Assembly: GCF_964355755.1 (NCBI RefSeq)
Contig: NC_092676.1
Span: 1,245,788-1,309,787, forward strand
Length of the DNA: 64,000 nt
Source: Antedon mediterranea
Taxonomy: Eukaryota > Animalia > Echinodermata
Reading direction: 5' to 3'
A model generated the notes under the pieces. It saw only the letters and a program-made list of their open reading frames with translations, did not search any database and was not told the DNA's origin. A program made the translations under genes and the position numbers. The first letter of the stretch is position 1. Every line of letters starts with the position of its first letter. Positions 13,795 to 27,487 of the stretch are shown one piece after another.

Positions 13795-14025
13795 ATCAAT
13801 CAATTAGCAATATGTATCTTTCCGATATCTTTCAATCCATTTGCCAATCAATCAATCCAATAATACGTTTCCATAAAGATTCATGCATCAATCAGGTAAC
13901 AGATCAACCCATTACTAACTCAATCCATCAATCTCTTAGTGAATCTTTCATTTCATCCATTCATCGTCTGATCGACTCATCCTCAAGTGCCCCCGAATCG
14001 ATCTATGTTCGCGCCATCCATCAAT
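13795..14025. repeat. Degenerate (ATCA/ATCC)n simple repeat
   Basis: Recurrent TCAA/TCCA tetramers. Confidence 0.6.
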
Positions 14026-15449
14026 GATAGTCTGCATTTAGTCTGTGATCCATCGCCGGCCGGCCGGGCTAACTAATCTAGTACGCGCTATGGTCGGTTT
14101 TTTATATACTTGATCAGTAAGCAAGTGTAAACGATCAAAAAATCATAATAATCAAAAAGCAATTGTAAAACAACAATTAGCATAGAAACAGAGACGTCTA
14201 CTCCTGGTGTATCGACACTGGAGAGTTAGAATGCGGCGGTGGGGTCCGACCGCACAAAGAGACGTTTGACGACGCGCGACGCGATGACACAGCTATTGGA
14301 TCACTGTCATTTATGAGCAGGCTCATATGGAAAAAAATCACATTTAGATCCGCAATCATTTTGTTCGTATTCTTCTTGATTGAAAACACAATACTGAAAT
14401 ACGATAATCTTCATTTACTAATCGTCAAAACTTCGTTCTAAAATCATGACATTTTACGCACTATTTAAATTCGTCTAATTTGAAAAATGATTGGATAATG
14501 ATAAACCGCGCGTATTGAATCCACATTACGCATACTTGCTGGAAGTGTATCTGTACATCTGTATAAATTAATAATATATGTTTCTGTTGACTTTTCAACC
14601 TTGATCCGTTGTTATAATTAATAATGTTCGACCCTAAAAGTAATTAATTATTTCTTTTTTTCATTAAAAAAAATCACGATAGCATGTAATCCATACTGTT
14701 AATGTGTTTACAACGTAGTTTCCCATAATGCTCAGTAATGACCCGGACAACATACATGACGTCATAGATTGTATAATTAACTTTACATCAACTTTATGAT
14801 GACAGTGAATTCGTGGTTATTTTCATATCACAGTGATATTAAATAACGTTTATTGTCAACTTACGATTCGTAATAGAAGCTTATCTCTAGGCCTGGCGTT
14901 GCAAATCGATCTTAAGCAAGCTGGTGGCACAGTCTCCAGGGATTGGGAGGTGTTTAACCACATCTTTTAAGGTGTTGCAAGGCATCAAAACTCGTCTTGC
15001 CTTCGCTAGCCCATTGACATCAAGCGATTAGTATAATTGTGTGCCCATATAATGAAATACAATGCATGGTTCGTTTTCAATATCATTTTCTCATTCGTCA
15101 ACAACCATAATGTTTTGGGAAACAAAAGACGACAAATGTAATATCATGTTGATATCAACGGAGCCGTGTAATTACATATTTCACGTTCACATGGGTAATG
15201 GCTTATTTCCTTTGAACACCTTTATAATCAGTGTGTTTTACCCTTCTTTTTTCAATTCAACACAACGTGTGAACACACTAACGTACAAGACTGTAATAGC
15301 ATATTCCACGATGATTTATTTATATTCAGGTTTTCATGTGTAAAAGCACTCCACTGGTTTAAGCTACGTTACACGGAGTCCAGTGGCCTGAGGAGACTCC
15401 GGACTACGTATACGACTGAATGCGTTGGCGTGGACGGTTCTATTCTTAT

Positions 15450-15560
15450 ACTCTGTCTAGTTTGATACAAAAAGGTGTGATGTGCCCAAATATGGTAGGG
15501 TTAGTGATATGACATCATTTCCATATTTGGTCACATCACATTTTGTTGTCACATAAAGTT
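15450..15560. mobile_element. MITE family B, partial
   Basis: Internal motif GTGATGTGCCCAAATATGGTAG..GTGATATGACATCAT..CACATCAC..GTCACATAAAGTTTG. Confidence 0.7.
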
Positions 15561-18500
15561 TGTTTCATGATTTCTTTTAACCGACCAGTGTAAACACAAT
15601 TAAAAAAAAGTAATTTGACCAATCGAATTTTTTAAAGTGACAATTCGGATTATTCGTCGTGTGATTTTTCCAAATTACTTTTAATTAATTAATATCGTAA
15701 TTATTATTTTTGTTGTTTTATTCAAACGTCATCCAACTAGCAACATTACCGTAGTTGCCATGACATCGACACCGATGGCAATCCGCTGCAACTTAAGAAA
15801 CGAACTATAACGAACAGCACAGAATTAAAATAAAACTATCTATCTATTAAGTATTATTTAAGTTGTAATAATTCAATATATAATATATAAATTTAGACTG
15901 ATAAACTTTATATTAAGACGATACTAAAATATCATATCGATTAGGCACGCCCCTGTTTTAAGTTTGTGTACCTAAGAATGCTAACATTATTAAAGTATAC
16001 CATTTAGTCACGTGTTTATCAAAGCACAATATTCGTACACTAAGCATGTGCTTAAGTACACATAAATATAGGTTTATAGCTCATGTACAACATGCATAAC
16101 ACTATGTACATATTATGTCTATTTATTTTATTAGTACGGCAGAATATCGGAACAGGTTGATTTATGTCTGTATTGTATCAGAGTTTACGTTTAATACTCG
16201 ATTGATGGTCTTTTGTGATATTATATCACTTTTATTACCGCGTATGTGTAGAATACCAAATATGGCAGATAGATTCAATCGTACTATTCGCTGTTTATAC
16301 TGGAAATTATACAAATATGACTATGTTTATATTTGTACTTGTATGTTTTATTATAATCATTTGAATATTTCATTATTATCACTATCTCAGTTTCCGTTAC
16401 AATTTATTTAAAAAAATTGTTTGTAGGCCAATTAATCAAACTAAAAATAGTAATAATAATATAAATGATAAATCATTTATAATTAATAGTATGGGAAAAA
16501 ATTAGTTTATAAATGAAAATAAATCTTTTTTTTAATAACGATTCGTAACAGTCGTCTAAAAGGTGACATAGTAAAAAAAAAATCTGAAACTATAGATTCT
16601 GACGGGGACAGCGGATCATAACGACAGTTTGAATGACTGAACTCACAGTCATTGACCTACACAGATTTCACAGCAGACGATAACATTAGGCTTATACCCC
16701 ATCCTTTGGAGTCCAATCGGGTGTTAACATTTACCTCGATAGTCGCACCGTTGACAATTATACAGGATCGGCATCGTTATCGCTCATTTCATGTAACGGT
16801 TAAACACCGACAGAATTATTCTAAAGTATGCCATGAAAAATTAGTTTATAATGCTAATTGTATGAAAAGGGCGGGAAAATAGCAATTGACACAAATCCAT
16901 CTCTCGAACAAACGACAATTGCACACTTGCCGTCATCAATTCAAAATAGCGGGATAAGTATCTTCAATGACAATAAAGAAAATGCGATGATTTAGCCTGA
17001 ATTAGATGACAGTATTAGCGGACTATTACACAAGAATACGCGGGATTGAGGTGGTATAACGAGCTAACGACTCATAGCGCGCAGACGATTAATAATAATG
17101 ACTGATGAATTGCGCCAGATTATCATGGCAAATATGATTTTTTTAATGTCTTGAGTCTGAACCAAGGTCGATGTATATCTATCGTAAAGTTAACACGGAT
17201 TACACTAGAAAGTTATTGTATTAATAAAGTAATTGCATTCAATGTGATTCCATTTCTTTTGTTCTAACTAAACTGTAACATATTAGGTGAGTTGAAACTT
17301 CTGTGAGAAAATTCAAAACAATCAAACAGTTTATTTATAAAATAATAATAAACCAAATGTACTGATACACTGATGCAATTATTACATAACTCTTTCCTGA
17401 TGCACCTCATCATAGGAAAAGGAAAACAAACTTGTCTTGTCTTCTCATGGAAGCTCATTTACCTTAGTATTTTATTCTTTCTTCTTTCTTTCTTTCTTTT
17501 TTTTTATTTCAATAAACAATTTCAACCGGCCCATTTCACATAATAAAATCTATATTATTTTCGGACATACAGGTTTTTCTCCTTTTATAAACTTTATTTA
17601 GTTGTAACTCCCTGATATAAGTAATTTTAGTTTTGTAATTTTATTGGTTTCATTGTTTACAAACATATTTTGTCGATGAAAGTTTTTATCGAAAGTCATA
17701 ATGTGTTTTTTCACAACCTGATATTATTTTTAACACATTTAATTACTTTTTATCATAATTAATTTGAAACCCGGTCCCTTGAGTAATTAAGAATCAAAAC
17801 ATTGACAGATGCTTCTTGATCTTTACACTGATCAGTTAATATAATTTTCTGTATAGAAATCAACATTACGTCTTGTATTCTTTATTCTTTATTTCATAAG
17901 CAACAGTGAAAGACCGCAATTACAGGTCATGTTAGAGTGGATTGTGTTGAAATACACCATGAATCGGATAGATAGATAGAGAGCCATGGTGATAAATAAT
18001 GTATCGAAGGGACCGTGAAAACAAAAGCAAAACTTATATTTTGGAATTTAAAGTTGTGCTGTATCTAGGGTAAACACATGTAGAGCAATAGGTTCTTGGT
18101 TCATCTTCGGGAGGAACTCTACATATACTATACAATAAAGCCAATAGGACTAAGAATCGACCAAATGACGTCAAAGGACACCGACGACGGATGGAACAAA
18201 GAGCAAATCTGTTTAGAGACTATTTACCAGAATGGTTCTACCATGGATTTGACGAAAACTCGAGTACTGAGAGTACAACCGATTCGATCCATTGTGCGTG
18301 TATAACTTCTCCGTAGGCATGTTTATAGAGAGTTTAGCTTGGTGAGAATCAGCCGGATTAAAGTACCCTATTCTCCTCGTCTCGTGCCTATAAAAACAAT
18401 GAGTTGAGGCTGATGTTATAGTTAACATTTTGGCTTAGCTGTCGCTACACAAGTGTTAGCTCCTGCAATCCAACCAGAAATGTCTAGTACAAGAACGAGA

Positions 18501-19053
18501 TTTTGCCGATGGGAAGATTTAGCCATCTGTTACAACACAAATCGTGTTTTATGTATTTAAGTATCACAGTAAAATTGACATTTTGATGAAATAATGATTC
18601 AAATTAAAATTTTGTAAAATCATTGCATTGAAGATCCAGCATGTAATTCGGTAATTTGTCTGATTTTCTGTCCGTTCGTCTTCCTCATACTTGTTAATTC
18701 ACATTCTAATTATATAAACAAATTTTTTATATACTGGAAATGAACATGTTTCTTACATAGGTCTACGTAAATAAAAATTCGTTAATAGCACTAAGAGTAG
18801 TGTTTTGTATCTGTTTCATAATATGAGTTGAAACATCTTTTTGTTAGGAACACACAGAGACCATATTTTATAAGAATAAGAACTTTATTAAGAAAATACT
18901 TTTTATATAAAGCATTTAAGAACATATTTTATAAGAAAAAACTTTAAAATAATACTACTATTATATTAAAAATATATTTCATTTAAAAAAAATACACTGT
19001 ACATATAATATATATACATTTTTTAAAAACAATCTTTATAAAAAACACTTTTA

Positions 19054-19188
19054 AGCTCTGTCTACATATGTGACATGACCATAATTATAGAGACACGATG
19101 ACGTCATATCACTACCATATTTGGACATATCATTACAAAATTTGGTACATTTTGTTTGTCAAACTATATTGATAGTGTAGACAGAGCT
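19054..19188. mobile_element. MITE family B (PIF/Harbinger-type)
   Basis: AGCTCTGTCTACA...GTGTAGACAGAGCT; TTA TSD. Confidence 0.85.
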
Positions 19189-19548
19189 TTATAAAGCATA
19201 TACATTTAAAAGAACATTTTAACTATGCTGATACACACCAAAATATAGGAACATCTGATCATGGGTAAAATGAAAATGATTAAAGTTCATCGAGCTGTTG
19301 TATAAAGAGTATTGTGTAAGCTAACCATACAATCATTTAATTTCATCCTCCAGTTGTTGTTATTGGAGGCCCCTTTGGGGTTTATACATGTCTTTCATAG
19401 CACAATGAGATCTGTTTCCGAGGCCTGGGGCAGAAGACACAAAAAACAATGACATCTGATAAATTTAAACTTTTAGGAGGACAATTCATTGATGCTTAGT
19501 TTTTGATGTAAACAATGAAAATGGTTAAAAGTACAATTTCCAATCTAA

Positions 19549-19672
19549 AGCTCTGTCTACACTATCTACTAGTTGGTTGGACAAAATAACGGTGATGGTA
19601 GTGATATGACATCACATGTCCATATTGGCACATCACATTTTTTGTCACATAAAATTTGATAGTGTAGACAGA
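19549..19672. mobile_element. MITE family B
   Basis: AGCTCTGTCTACACTAT...ATAGTGTAGACAGA. Confidence 0.8.
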
Positions 19673-21433
19673 TAATTATGTAATATTCAGAAATATCTTC
19701 AAATCAAAATGATAAACGGTAGACTTTGTAACAATACAATTCTAATTTTATTTTATTTTGTTAATGATGTTCGTAATTTCATAACAAGAATAGTACGCAC
19801 GACTTTTTACCCAATAATAAAGCAGATGAAGGTGTAGTGACTTAACATTAAAATATTCATAACTTAACAAGAAATTTGTCAATAGACGACATATGGTTAA
19901 AGAAATATCCCTTACCCAGAAATAATATTGGATAAAGTTCAAAGATGCACACCCCCACGTCGGATACACTTATAAACCTTAGGTCAGGGTACTAAGTTTA
20001 CGAGGATGAAAGGGGACGTCATGTCTCTTAAATTCTAACAAGGGGACGCCAACGAGAGGATGGCGAGCCAGTGATAATAATTATACTACAAATTAGACCT
20101 AAATTGTAGTAAAATGCAATTCAACATACATATAGGGCCTAATTATACTTATAGGCCTATTTAAAAAAAACTGTAGGAGGCCTAGTATTGTAAATTTGAT
20201 CCACACAATAATATTGTAAACACACGCAGTGACACAATCGTATGACATCAATTATAATTTTTTAAAGTCATTATTACATCACTTGTATAATTATTATAAT
20301 TATTTTTCGATTAAATTACAAGGTAGTATTTAGCATGGCATATAAGTATAAAGCAATAAGACTATATATTACAAACACACAATATTGTTGACAATTATAT
20401 GACAAAATTAAGGAAAAGAGTTTTCAACGAAATGTTATAGAAACATTACGTCATTTGTTCGCACGTGATTTTAGAATAAATTGCTTTTAAATGAACGTGG
20501 TAGCAGGAATTCGTTTAGTCGCCATATTGGCACAATTTCGATGACGATAATCATAATATTGTTTAATTGTATATCTTTGTTAGTACTTCGGCACCCAAGT
20601 CATGCTAAACCCCAACTTAAAAAAGTACATTCACTAAATCCTGACTTCTACAAAAGTACATTCGTTAAACACATTTAGCGGTGTGTTTCTACTTAAACAG
20701 ATATTTTTTTATTTGTGAATAACAAATTGTAATAACCATATGTGCAAACATTTTCAATATTTATCATTTTCCTGGCACCACAAAAAGACACCATAATGTG
20801 TGTGCGCGTTCAAAGAACGATAAAAATATACATACAGTTTTTGTACGCGCGCGTACATTTATGTCATACGTTGTAACTCAGTACGACGGTACACAATGGT
20901 ACAACAAACGCGATCGACTGATAATTTCATGTGTGAACCATCCCATAGCTACGAATGACGCGTACAAATTACTTGCTTGTGAACCATGTTAACATCTGAC
21001 ATAACAAAACGCAATTATCTTTACAAATAGTTTTCACACTGTATTGTAGACGATGTTTAGCCGTGTCATTTATAACATTAATCGTAATTCGACGCCGTGG
21101 GCCAACAGTCAGTGGTGTGACTTAATATTGTAGTGGCGATTGCAGTTAATTTCAAAAAAAGACTTGATCAGTTACTGCTGCTTTCTGTTGAATTCAAAAC
21201 TTGAAACCGATAACACCAATCTAAAAAAAAAGAGTGTAATTAAAAATGAGAAAGCATTTATTGGGTGTGAACGAACTAAGTTTGAATTGTATTTTAAATA
21301 TATATAACATGACTAAAACCGGTATTAACCAAATCAATGCATTAATTAGAACAGTGTATACAACTGGTTTACATCTCAGTGATGGAATGATGTTTTACTA
21401 ATAACTTAAGAAATTATCAAATATCAAATCTTA

Positions 21434-21553
21434 AGCTCTGTTTACACTATCAAACTAATAGTGATATGCCTATAAATGGTAGTTATATGACATCATCGTG
21501 TCCATATGAGCACATCACATTTTTTTATAATGTTCGATAGTGTAGACAGAGAT
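21434..21553. mobile_element. MITE family B
   Basis: Family TIRs; TTA TSD. Confidence 0.82.
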
Positions 21554-21790
21554 TTAGATGAATGATGGCATTTTATAAAAATGTACTGTTTATGCTTTTT
21601 ATAAGTCTATAAACCAAAGTTTAAATATGGTAATTTGAATGAATTTAAATTTACTACTTTTATATATATTTATCTTGTATTTATTCTAAATCAAACTTTC
21701 ACATGGTGAAGGTTCAGTAGATCAAATGTAATATAGCAAAATGTACTTTTAAGAAAAGTCTTCATTCATGTTATTATTATAAAAACCGAA

Positions 21791-21947
21791 AGCTCTGTCT
21801 ACACTATCAAAGTTTATGTGAAAATGTGATGTGTCCATATATGGACATGGTGATGTAATATCACTACCATATTTGGGCATATCACTACCATATTTGGGCA
21901 CATCACACTTTTTTATCGCCACATAAAGTGTGAGTGTAGACAGAGTT
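21791..21947. mobile_element. MITE family B
   Basis: Family TIRs; internal duplicated ATATCACTACCATATTTGGGC. Confidence 0.85.
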
Positions 21948-23289
21948 TAAAATTTGTGATAAACGCTTTATGTTGTGTGCTCGTATTCCTCTTGTGTGTA
22001 CATACATACATCAGAAGACATTGCTTTAAAATAATGTTACATAGAGGTGAATGACTCGTTCTTGACTCCACAATCATCGGGCCTTTGGCTACAATCTCAA
22101 TAGAATTCATTATATAGAGGATAAATATTCTCATGATAACTCGCAATGCTTTAGATTTCATTTAGACGGCTTTTATCTAACTTGTTAAATATCATAATTT
22201 TCTTGTTGATCAACGAAATAAACGACGTGAAACTGATCCAATTAAATGAAACCAAACGCGATGTGTCTGAGACGCCTATAAAACGCTATCGAAGGAGGCG
22301 TTATTTGCGCGTTGTTTTATGTTGTTTATTGTAACTGTTGGTTTAAGCTAAGCTAACGTTTTGATTATTTGACAAACAAATGACTGGTTGTGTAGGCCTA
22401 CTGGTACTTTCACCGTACAATAACTGTGTAGCAAGCAGATCAGAAAGTCAATACATAATGACAGAGCATTATGTACATATTTGCTGATATTCATTTTACT
22501 GGCTGTTTTCATGCCATGTCTTTTGTTATAATATGATATTCGATAGCATTTGTATTAATAACCTGTTAAGCTTATGCTTAGGTTTGAGTGAATGTGTCAG
22601 CTTACTCAAAGAGTACAATTCATGTTCATACTGGTAGCTATTTCCACTGCAAGGTAAACTTTAAGTTGTAGAGAATAGCATACATAACATTCATAATCAT
22701 ACTAAACGATATTTAAAGTTTATAATTCTAAATATCAAACTTAATTCTTATAAGAAAAAAAGCAAACATTTGAAAATTAAAAAAAAACACGTTATTAAAT
22801 AATGACTGTATACTTATTAAAGATGATAAATGAAGGTTAATAAAATCGGACTTTGAATTGGCCATTTTTTAGTTTTAATAAAGTTAATCCATTCCGTAGA
22901 AAGAAAAAGCAAAAAAAAAATATTTTCCCTCCAAAAGAGACAAACGAGTAAATTCAACCAAAATTACATTTTTTTTTCAGGTAAATAATTTTTTTTTTCA
23001 ATCCAAAATTAGTGAAAATTAGATTAGAATAGATCTTTAATAAGAAATACACCACGAATGTAAACACGCAATGTTTATTCACTATTGCACTTTAACAGAC
23101 TGCCTTTCATACGCGTGTCCACATTTATGTCATATCACATAATTTACAATTTGTAAAAAATGACCGATAGCACATTTTGCATAATAATTATAATAAAAGA
23201 CAATAAAAGTATTGGTTTTACTAGAGACTTTTCTTTGTAAAACACAATATTGTCACTGATTTATCGTACGCTGAACTTTGTAAATGTTG

Positions 23290-23306
23290 GACACCAGGTG
23301 GCGCTG
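23290..23306 (+). promoter_or_regulatory. CTCF-like binding site
   Basis: GACACCAGGTGGCGCTG matches the CTCF core CCASYAGRKGGCRS at most positions and sits in otherwise very AT-rich DNA. Confidence 0.4.
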
Positions 23307-23399
23307 TTACACATTTTATTTTCACACTAAGCTTCCGAGCTAAGAACCATTCTTAGTGTAAGAAAGTAGCCTACGTGTCTTCCCTTTCACATGTACTAA

Positions 23400-23560
23400 A
23401 GCTCTGTCTACACTATCAAACTTTATGTGACAACAAAATGTGATGTGCCCATATATAGATATGATGATGTCATATCACTTCCATATTTGGGCATATCACT
23501 ACCATATTTGAGCACATCACACTTTCTTTGTCAAACTAGTTTGATAGTGTAGACAGAGCC
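23400..23560. mobile_element. MITE family B, full length (161 bp)
   Basis: AGCTCTGTCTACACTATCAAACT / AGTTTGATAGTGTAGACAGAGCC; TAA TSD. Confidence 0.9.
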
Positions 23561-24123
23561 TAAGACACGGTTATTATACGATAATACAATGTTTGTATTA
23601 TTCAATCTACGTGACATCCCTTGTAACTTGTTACACGTTAAATCAACAGGTATACATTATATACAATCATTTAGTTCAGATAATACTACTTTGTGTTACT
23701 ATGTTATATATACGGTCTCGTGGCAGAACACCTTTCTGGTGAACGAGTTTTTCCCGTTACAAAAATAAATGTTTTATTATTATAATTCATTGCGAAAAGT
23801 TGTGCCTCAATGTTGTTAAAGTATGACGTCATTGTGGTAGGCGTATCGTATCGTATACAAACCGCATGATTATCTTCTGAACGCGCGCGTGTCCGCGTGT
23901 AAATAGTATGATTCTTCATGTCATTAGAAATAGTTTTGCAAACTGTGTTATAGTGTGGACAGAACCTATCATTACTAACCTTGGACTTGTTGTAATTGCA
24001 TACGATCCTACAGTTCTGTTAATCAATATATATTTTAAACTTAAGAGGATTTGTAGACATAACAGTGAGAATTATTCATGGCAGGATTAACAAAATATTG
24101 CAAACAATATTTCATTAAAGCAG

Positions 24124-24278
24124 ACAATTATTATAATGTACAAAAAATTATTATTATTAAAGTCTATTGAAATGGTACAAGAAAAAACACAATTATTATA
24201 ATAATGTACAAAAAATATAACATTGATTATTAAGATCTATTGAAATGGTACAAGAAAAAACAAACACAATTATTATAT
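24124..24278. repeat. Local tandem duplication (~70-80 bp)
   Basis: TCTATTGAAATGGTACAAGAAAAAAC and CAATTATTATA are repeated. Confidence 0.75.
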
Positions 24279-26152
24279 AAAAATCATTACATATACAATG
24301 TTTTTGTCAACGAATAACATGTAGGCCTGCTGTGTTGTATTTATTTAGTTGGAAAGATTTGAAATTAGTATATATGATGAATACGGCCACTGAATTTTGC
24401 TAAATAAATGTGTTTTTAATCATTTTAAACGAATCAGAAGTGGGTGAAAGACTGTTTGGCAAAAAGTTCGTTCCAAAATAATGTTACTAACATTGTATAT
24501 AATTGCTAAATGTTGAATATGCAAATGGCTATTTGTCTTCGAATGTTTGTATTTTGCCGGTCGTTCGTCAAGACATTTCTTGTACTGAAACAAGATGAAT
24601 TACTACTTTGAGTGTTTAACCTCATAACCATTACAATCTATCGGTCAGACTATAATAATAATGAACAACGTCAGTGAAATCAACGAATTTCGCAAATAAC
24701 ACAATGCACTGATTGAAGCAATGGTATTATTATTCATTTGGGATAGAATACGACGGGACTGAAATACTTGATTACCTATCAAAATCAATATTACAATTCT
24801 CGACTCTGGCTTAATCTTTTGTATACTGCTCTTGAGAGCGCTCGAGAAGGCCGTAGAGAATTGTTCATTTAAGCCTAAGCATGGAACCCACCAGCGCCTA
24901 GCCGTATAAGGTCTATAAACCCTATGCTTTCGCTGTAATGTTGGTTGTCCCTGGCTAATTAAGTCTACAATCTAACGCTCTTATTTTTCAGTAATCAATC
25001 GCAACGAATTAAAGAACTCATTAGCTAAGCGTCATTAAGTTTACTTATTGGGCTCATCAAGAGACATTGTTTGCGCGCATGATGTTCGTCTTCTGCCCGG
25101 CTGCGAGTTTATATCAGGCGGGCTTAGCTTTTTGTCTTTAAAGACTTTATAAATGGTCAATGACATAAATATTTGGAATGTTTTGTGTATTTATAGTTTT
25201 AAATTAAATGTAAAATAACAGTTATAATATTAATGTTATATCAAGGTAAATCAATGTAAATATTATAATGGGTCTTTGCAATAAGAACTATACAATTGTA
25301 TCTAACAAGTTTGTAAGTGTAAAATATAAATTTGATAACATGAAAACGTTAGAGCAATGTCTTTTATTTTTGCTTTTCATCTTTGAATAACTATTATGTG
25401 GCAGTAAATGGCATATTTAAAAAATATATACTTTTTATATTATATTATTATATAATATCATTATTATATGAGACGATATGTCTTTAATTTTGTATATAGG
25501 CCCTACGTCATATTCAAATGAAAATCAACAATCAAACAATTATTTTTAAATGAGCAAAATGTCATTGATTGGTTTAATTTCTATATACTTTCACTTTGGA
25601 ATAATAACGGTAAACTTCAACCCGCTCTCCTCGTGGACGCGGTGGAATGCAATTCACAGCATCGACAATCTACACATATTTAGAGGTTTAGACAATTATT
25701 ATAATAAATAACAATGTGTTTTGATAGAGTAAGGGCATGTTTAATTTATGTGCGTATATAATCATTATTTTGCACTATGATTTACATAACATAAAATGTA
25801 TAATTCATCTAGCTTTATCCTTTCTTTGTCGGTGGTACCATAATTTATTAAAATAATATATTCTACTTTCCTTTGTGATTCACTTTGTTTGTTGTGTTAA
25901 TTTTTTTTATAGAATTCTCTTAAAACTTTTGGTGCTTTTATTTTGTGATGGGTTTTTTCAGATATACAGCTACCCTTAACAATTATTTTCAATTAATATT
26001 CAATTATGCGTAATGGTTGCGTGTCTCTCTAAAGGTATTTTCAATGGAATAATAATGTTTATTTTAACTGGTGGCAATATAAAAAATATGTATAGACGAG
26101 TAACAATAACGAATTATTTCAGTGTGCACTATACTGAACGTGCAATGACTTA

Positions 26153-26321
26153 AGCTCTGTCCACACTATCAAATTGTATGTGACAAAAATTGTGATGTGC
26201 TCATAAGAGTCATATATGGACATGATGATGTCATATCACTTCCATAATTGGGCATATCACTACCATCTTTGGCCACATCACAATTTTGTTGTCAAACTAC
26301 TTTGATAGTGTAGACAGACCT
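26153..26321. mobile_element. MITE family B
   Basis: Family TIRs; TTA TSD. Confidence 0.85.
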
Positions 26322-27325
26322 TTATATACGTCTCACTATCGTGTACCTTAAAAATGACTCTTTATTTAGATAATTTTGTATGGAATGATAAGTCATAAAC
26401 AAAATAATAAAACGGTATTGTAGCGGCGTAGCCATGAATTAAACACAGTTCTAATAATATGAGTAAATGTTCACATTTCTGACAAATATAATTCATAATG
26501 TCTTATGTACTAGTTGCAATTATTATGAAAACAGATCTCCTGCGAAGAAATATACGACCCAAGTACTGGACCCACCAGAACGAATTTCATATATTTAACA
26601 AAATCATATGAAACCTCACTAGTATTGTCATAAAATTGGTATAATTGTTTTATAGCACAAAAAAAATCCGCCAGCAATTATTAGCAAACTCGAAAATAGT
26701 CATAGAACCGAAATCAACCTCATCATTTGTCTATGAAAATAATTGTCAAATTGTTGTAAATTTACAAAAGGATATTCTATTACACGCACTGCGCGTCAAG
26801 TCCACGTGAATGGAACAACGTATTAAGTATAATCACTATAGGAGGAAGGCTTTCCCGCCCGCTTCTCACCTCCCAAGGGAAATGTACGTCTTCCGTAGAC
26901 CTAGCCACTCAATAAGAACTATTCAATAGGGGATTGTAACTTAAACGTAAAGCATACAAGCGAACAGGAGATGAGAAATCACGAACTGACTACAGACGGT
27001 AACCCGGTACTCAAATCGGCTGAAATCAAAGCTTTTGTGTCGTGTACACACAGGTATAACCATTAATTAACCGTCTTAAAACGGTAACTTAAAATGCTGA
27101 TGCCGACGATTACGGTTAAATTTGTTTTAGTGTAGTTCGTTGAAGCAGATGTAAAAGTTTCCGGGTGATTTGGGAACTTGAGACAGATGACGTGACAAGA
27201 CAGACAAAACAACAACTAAATGACAAAACGTGTGAAGCTAGTAAAAATAAAACCTGATTTCTGATTAATGAACCCGATAGATTCTTATTCGGCCTAGATA
27301 CATGCAATTATAAAATTAATCTTAT

Positions 27326-27487
27326 CATATCCGAAACGCGTATATTGTACGCGCTTCCGATACGCATATCCCAGACCCGTATATTGTACGCGCTTCCGAT
27401 ACGCATATCCGAAACGCGTATATGGTACGCGCTTCCCAAAGCGTATAGGGTACGCGCTTCCGAAACGCGTGTAGGATACGCGCTTCC
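27326..27487. repeat. ACGCG-rich minisatellite, dispersed family copy 1
   Basis: CCGAAACGCGTATA..GTACGCGCTT units. Confidence 0.8.

Noticed and set aside
19386-19398. miR-71-like sequence (TGAAAGACATG on minus strand); also miR-124-like at ~45191 and miR-210-like at ~47136
   Set aside because: Only partial matches to the mature sequences, with no supporting hairpin.
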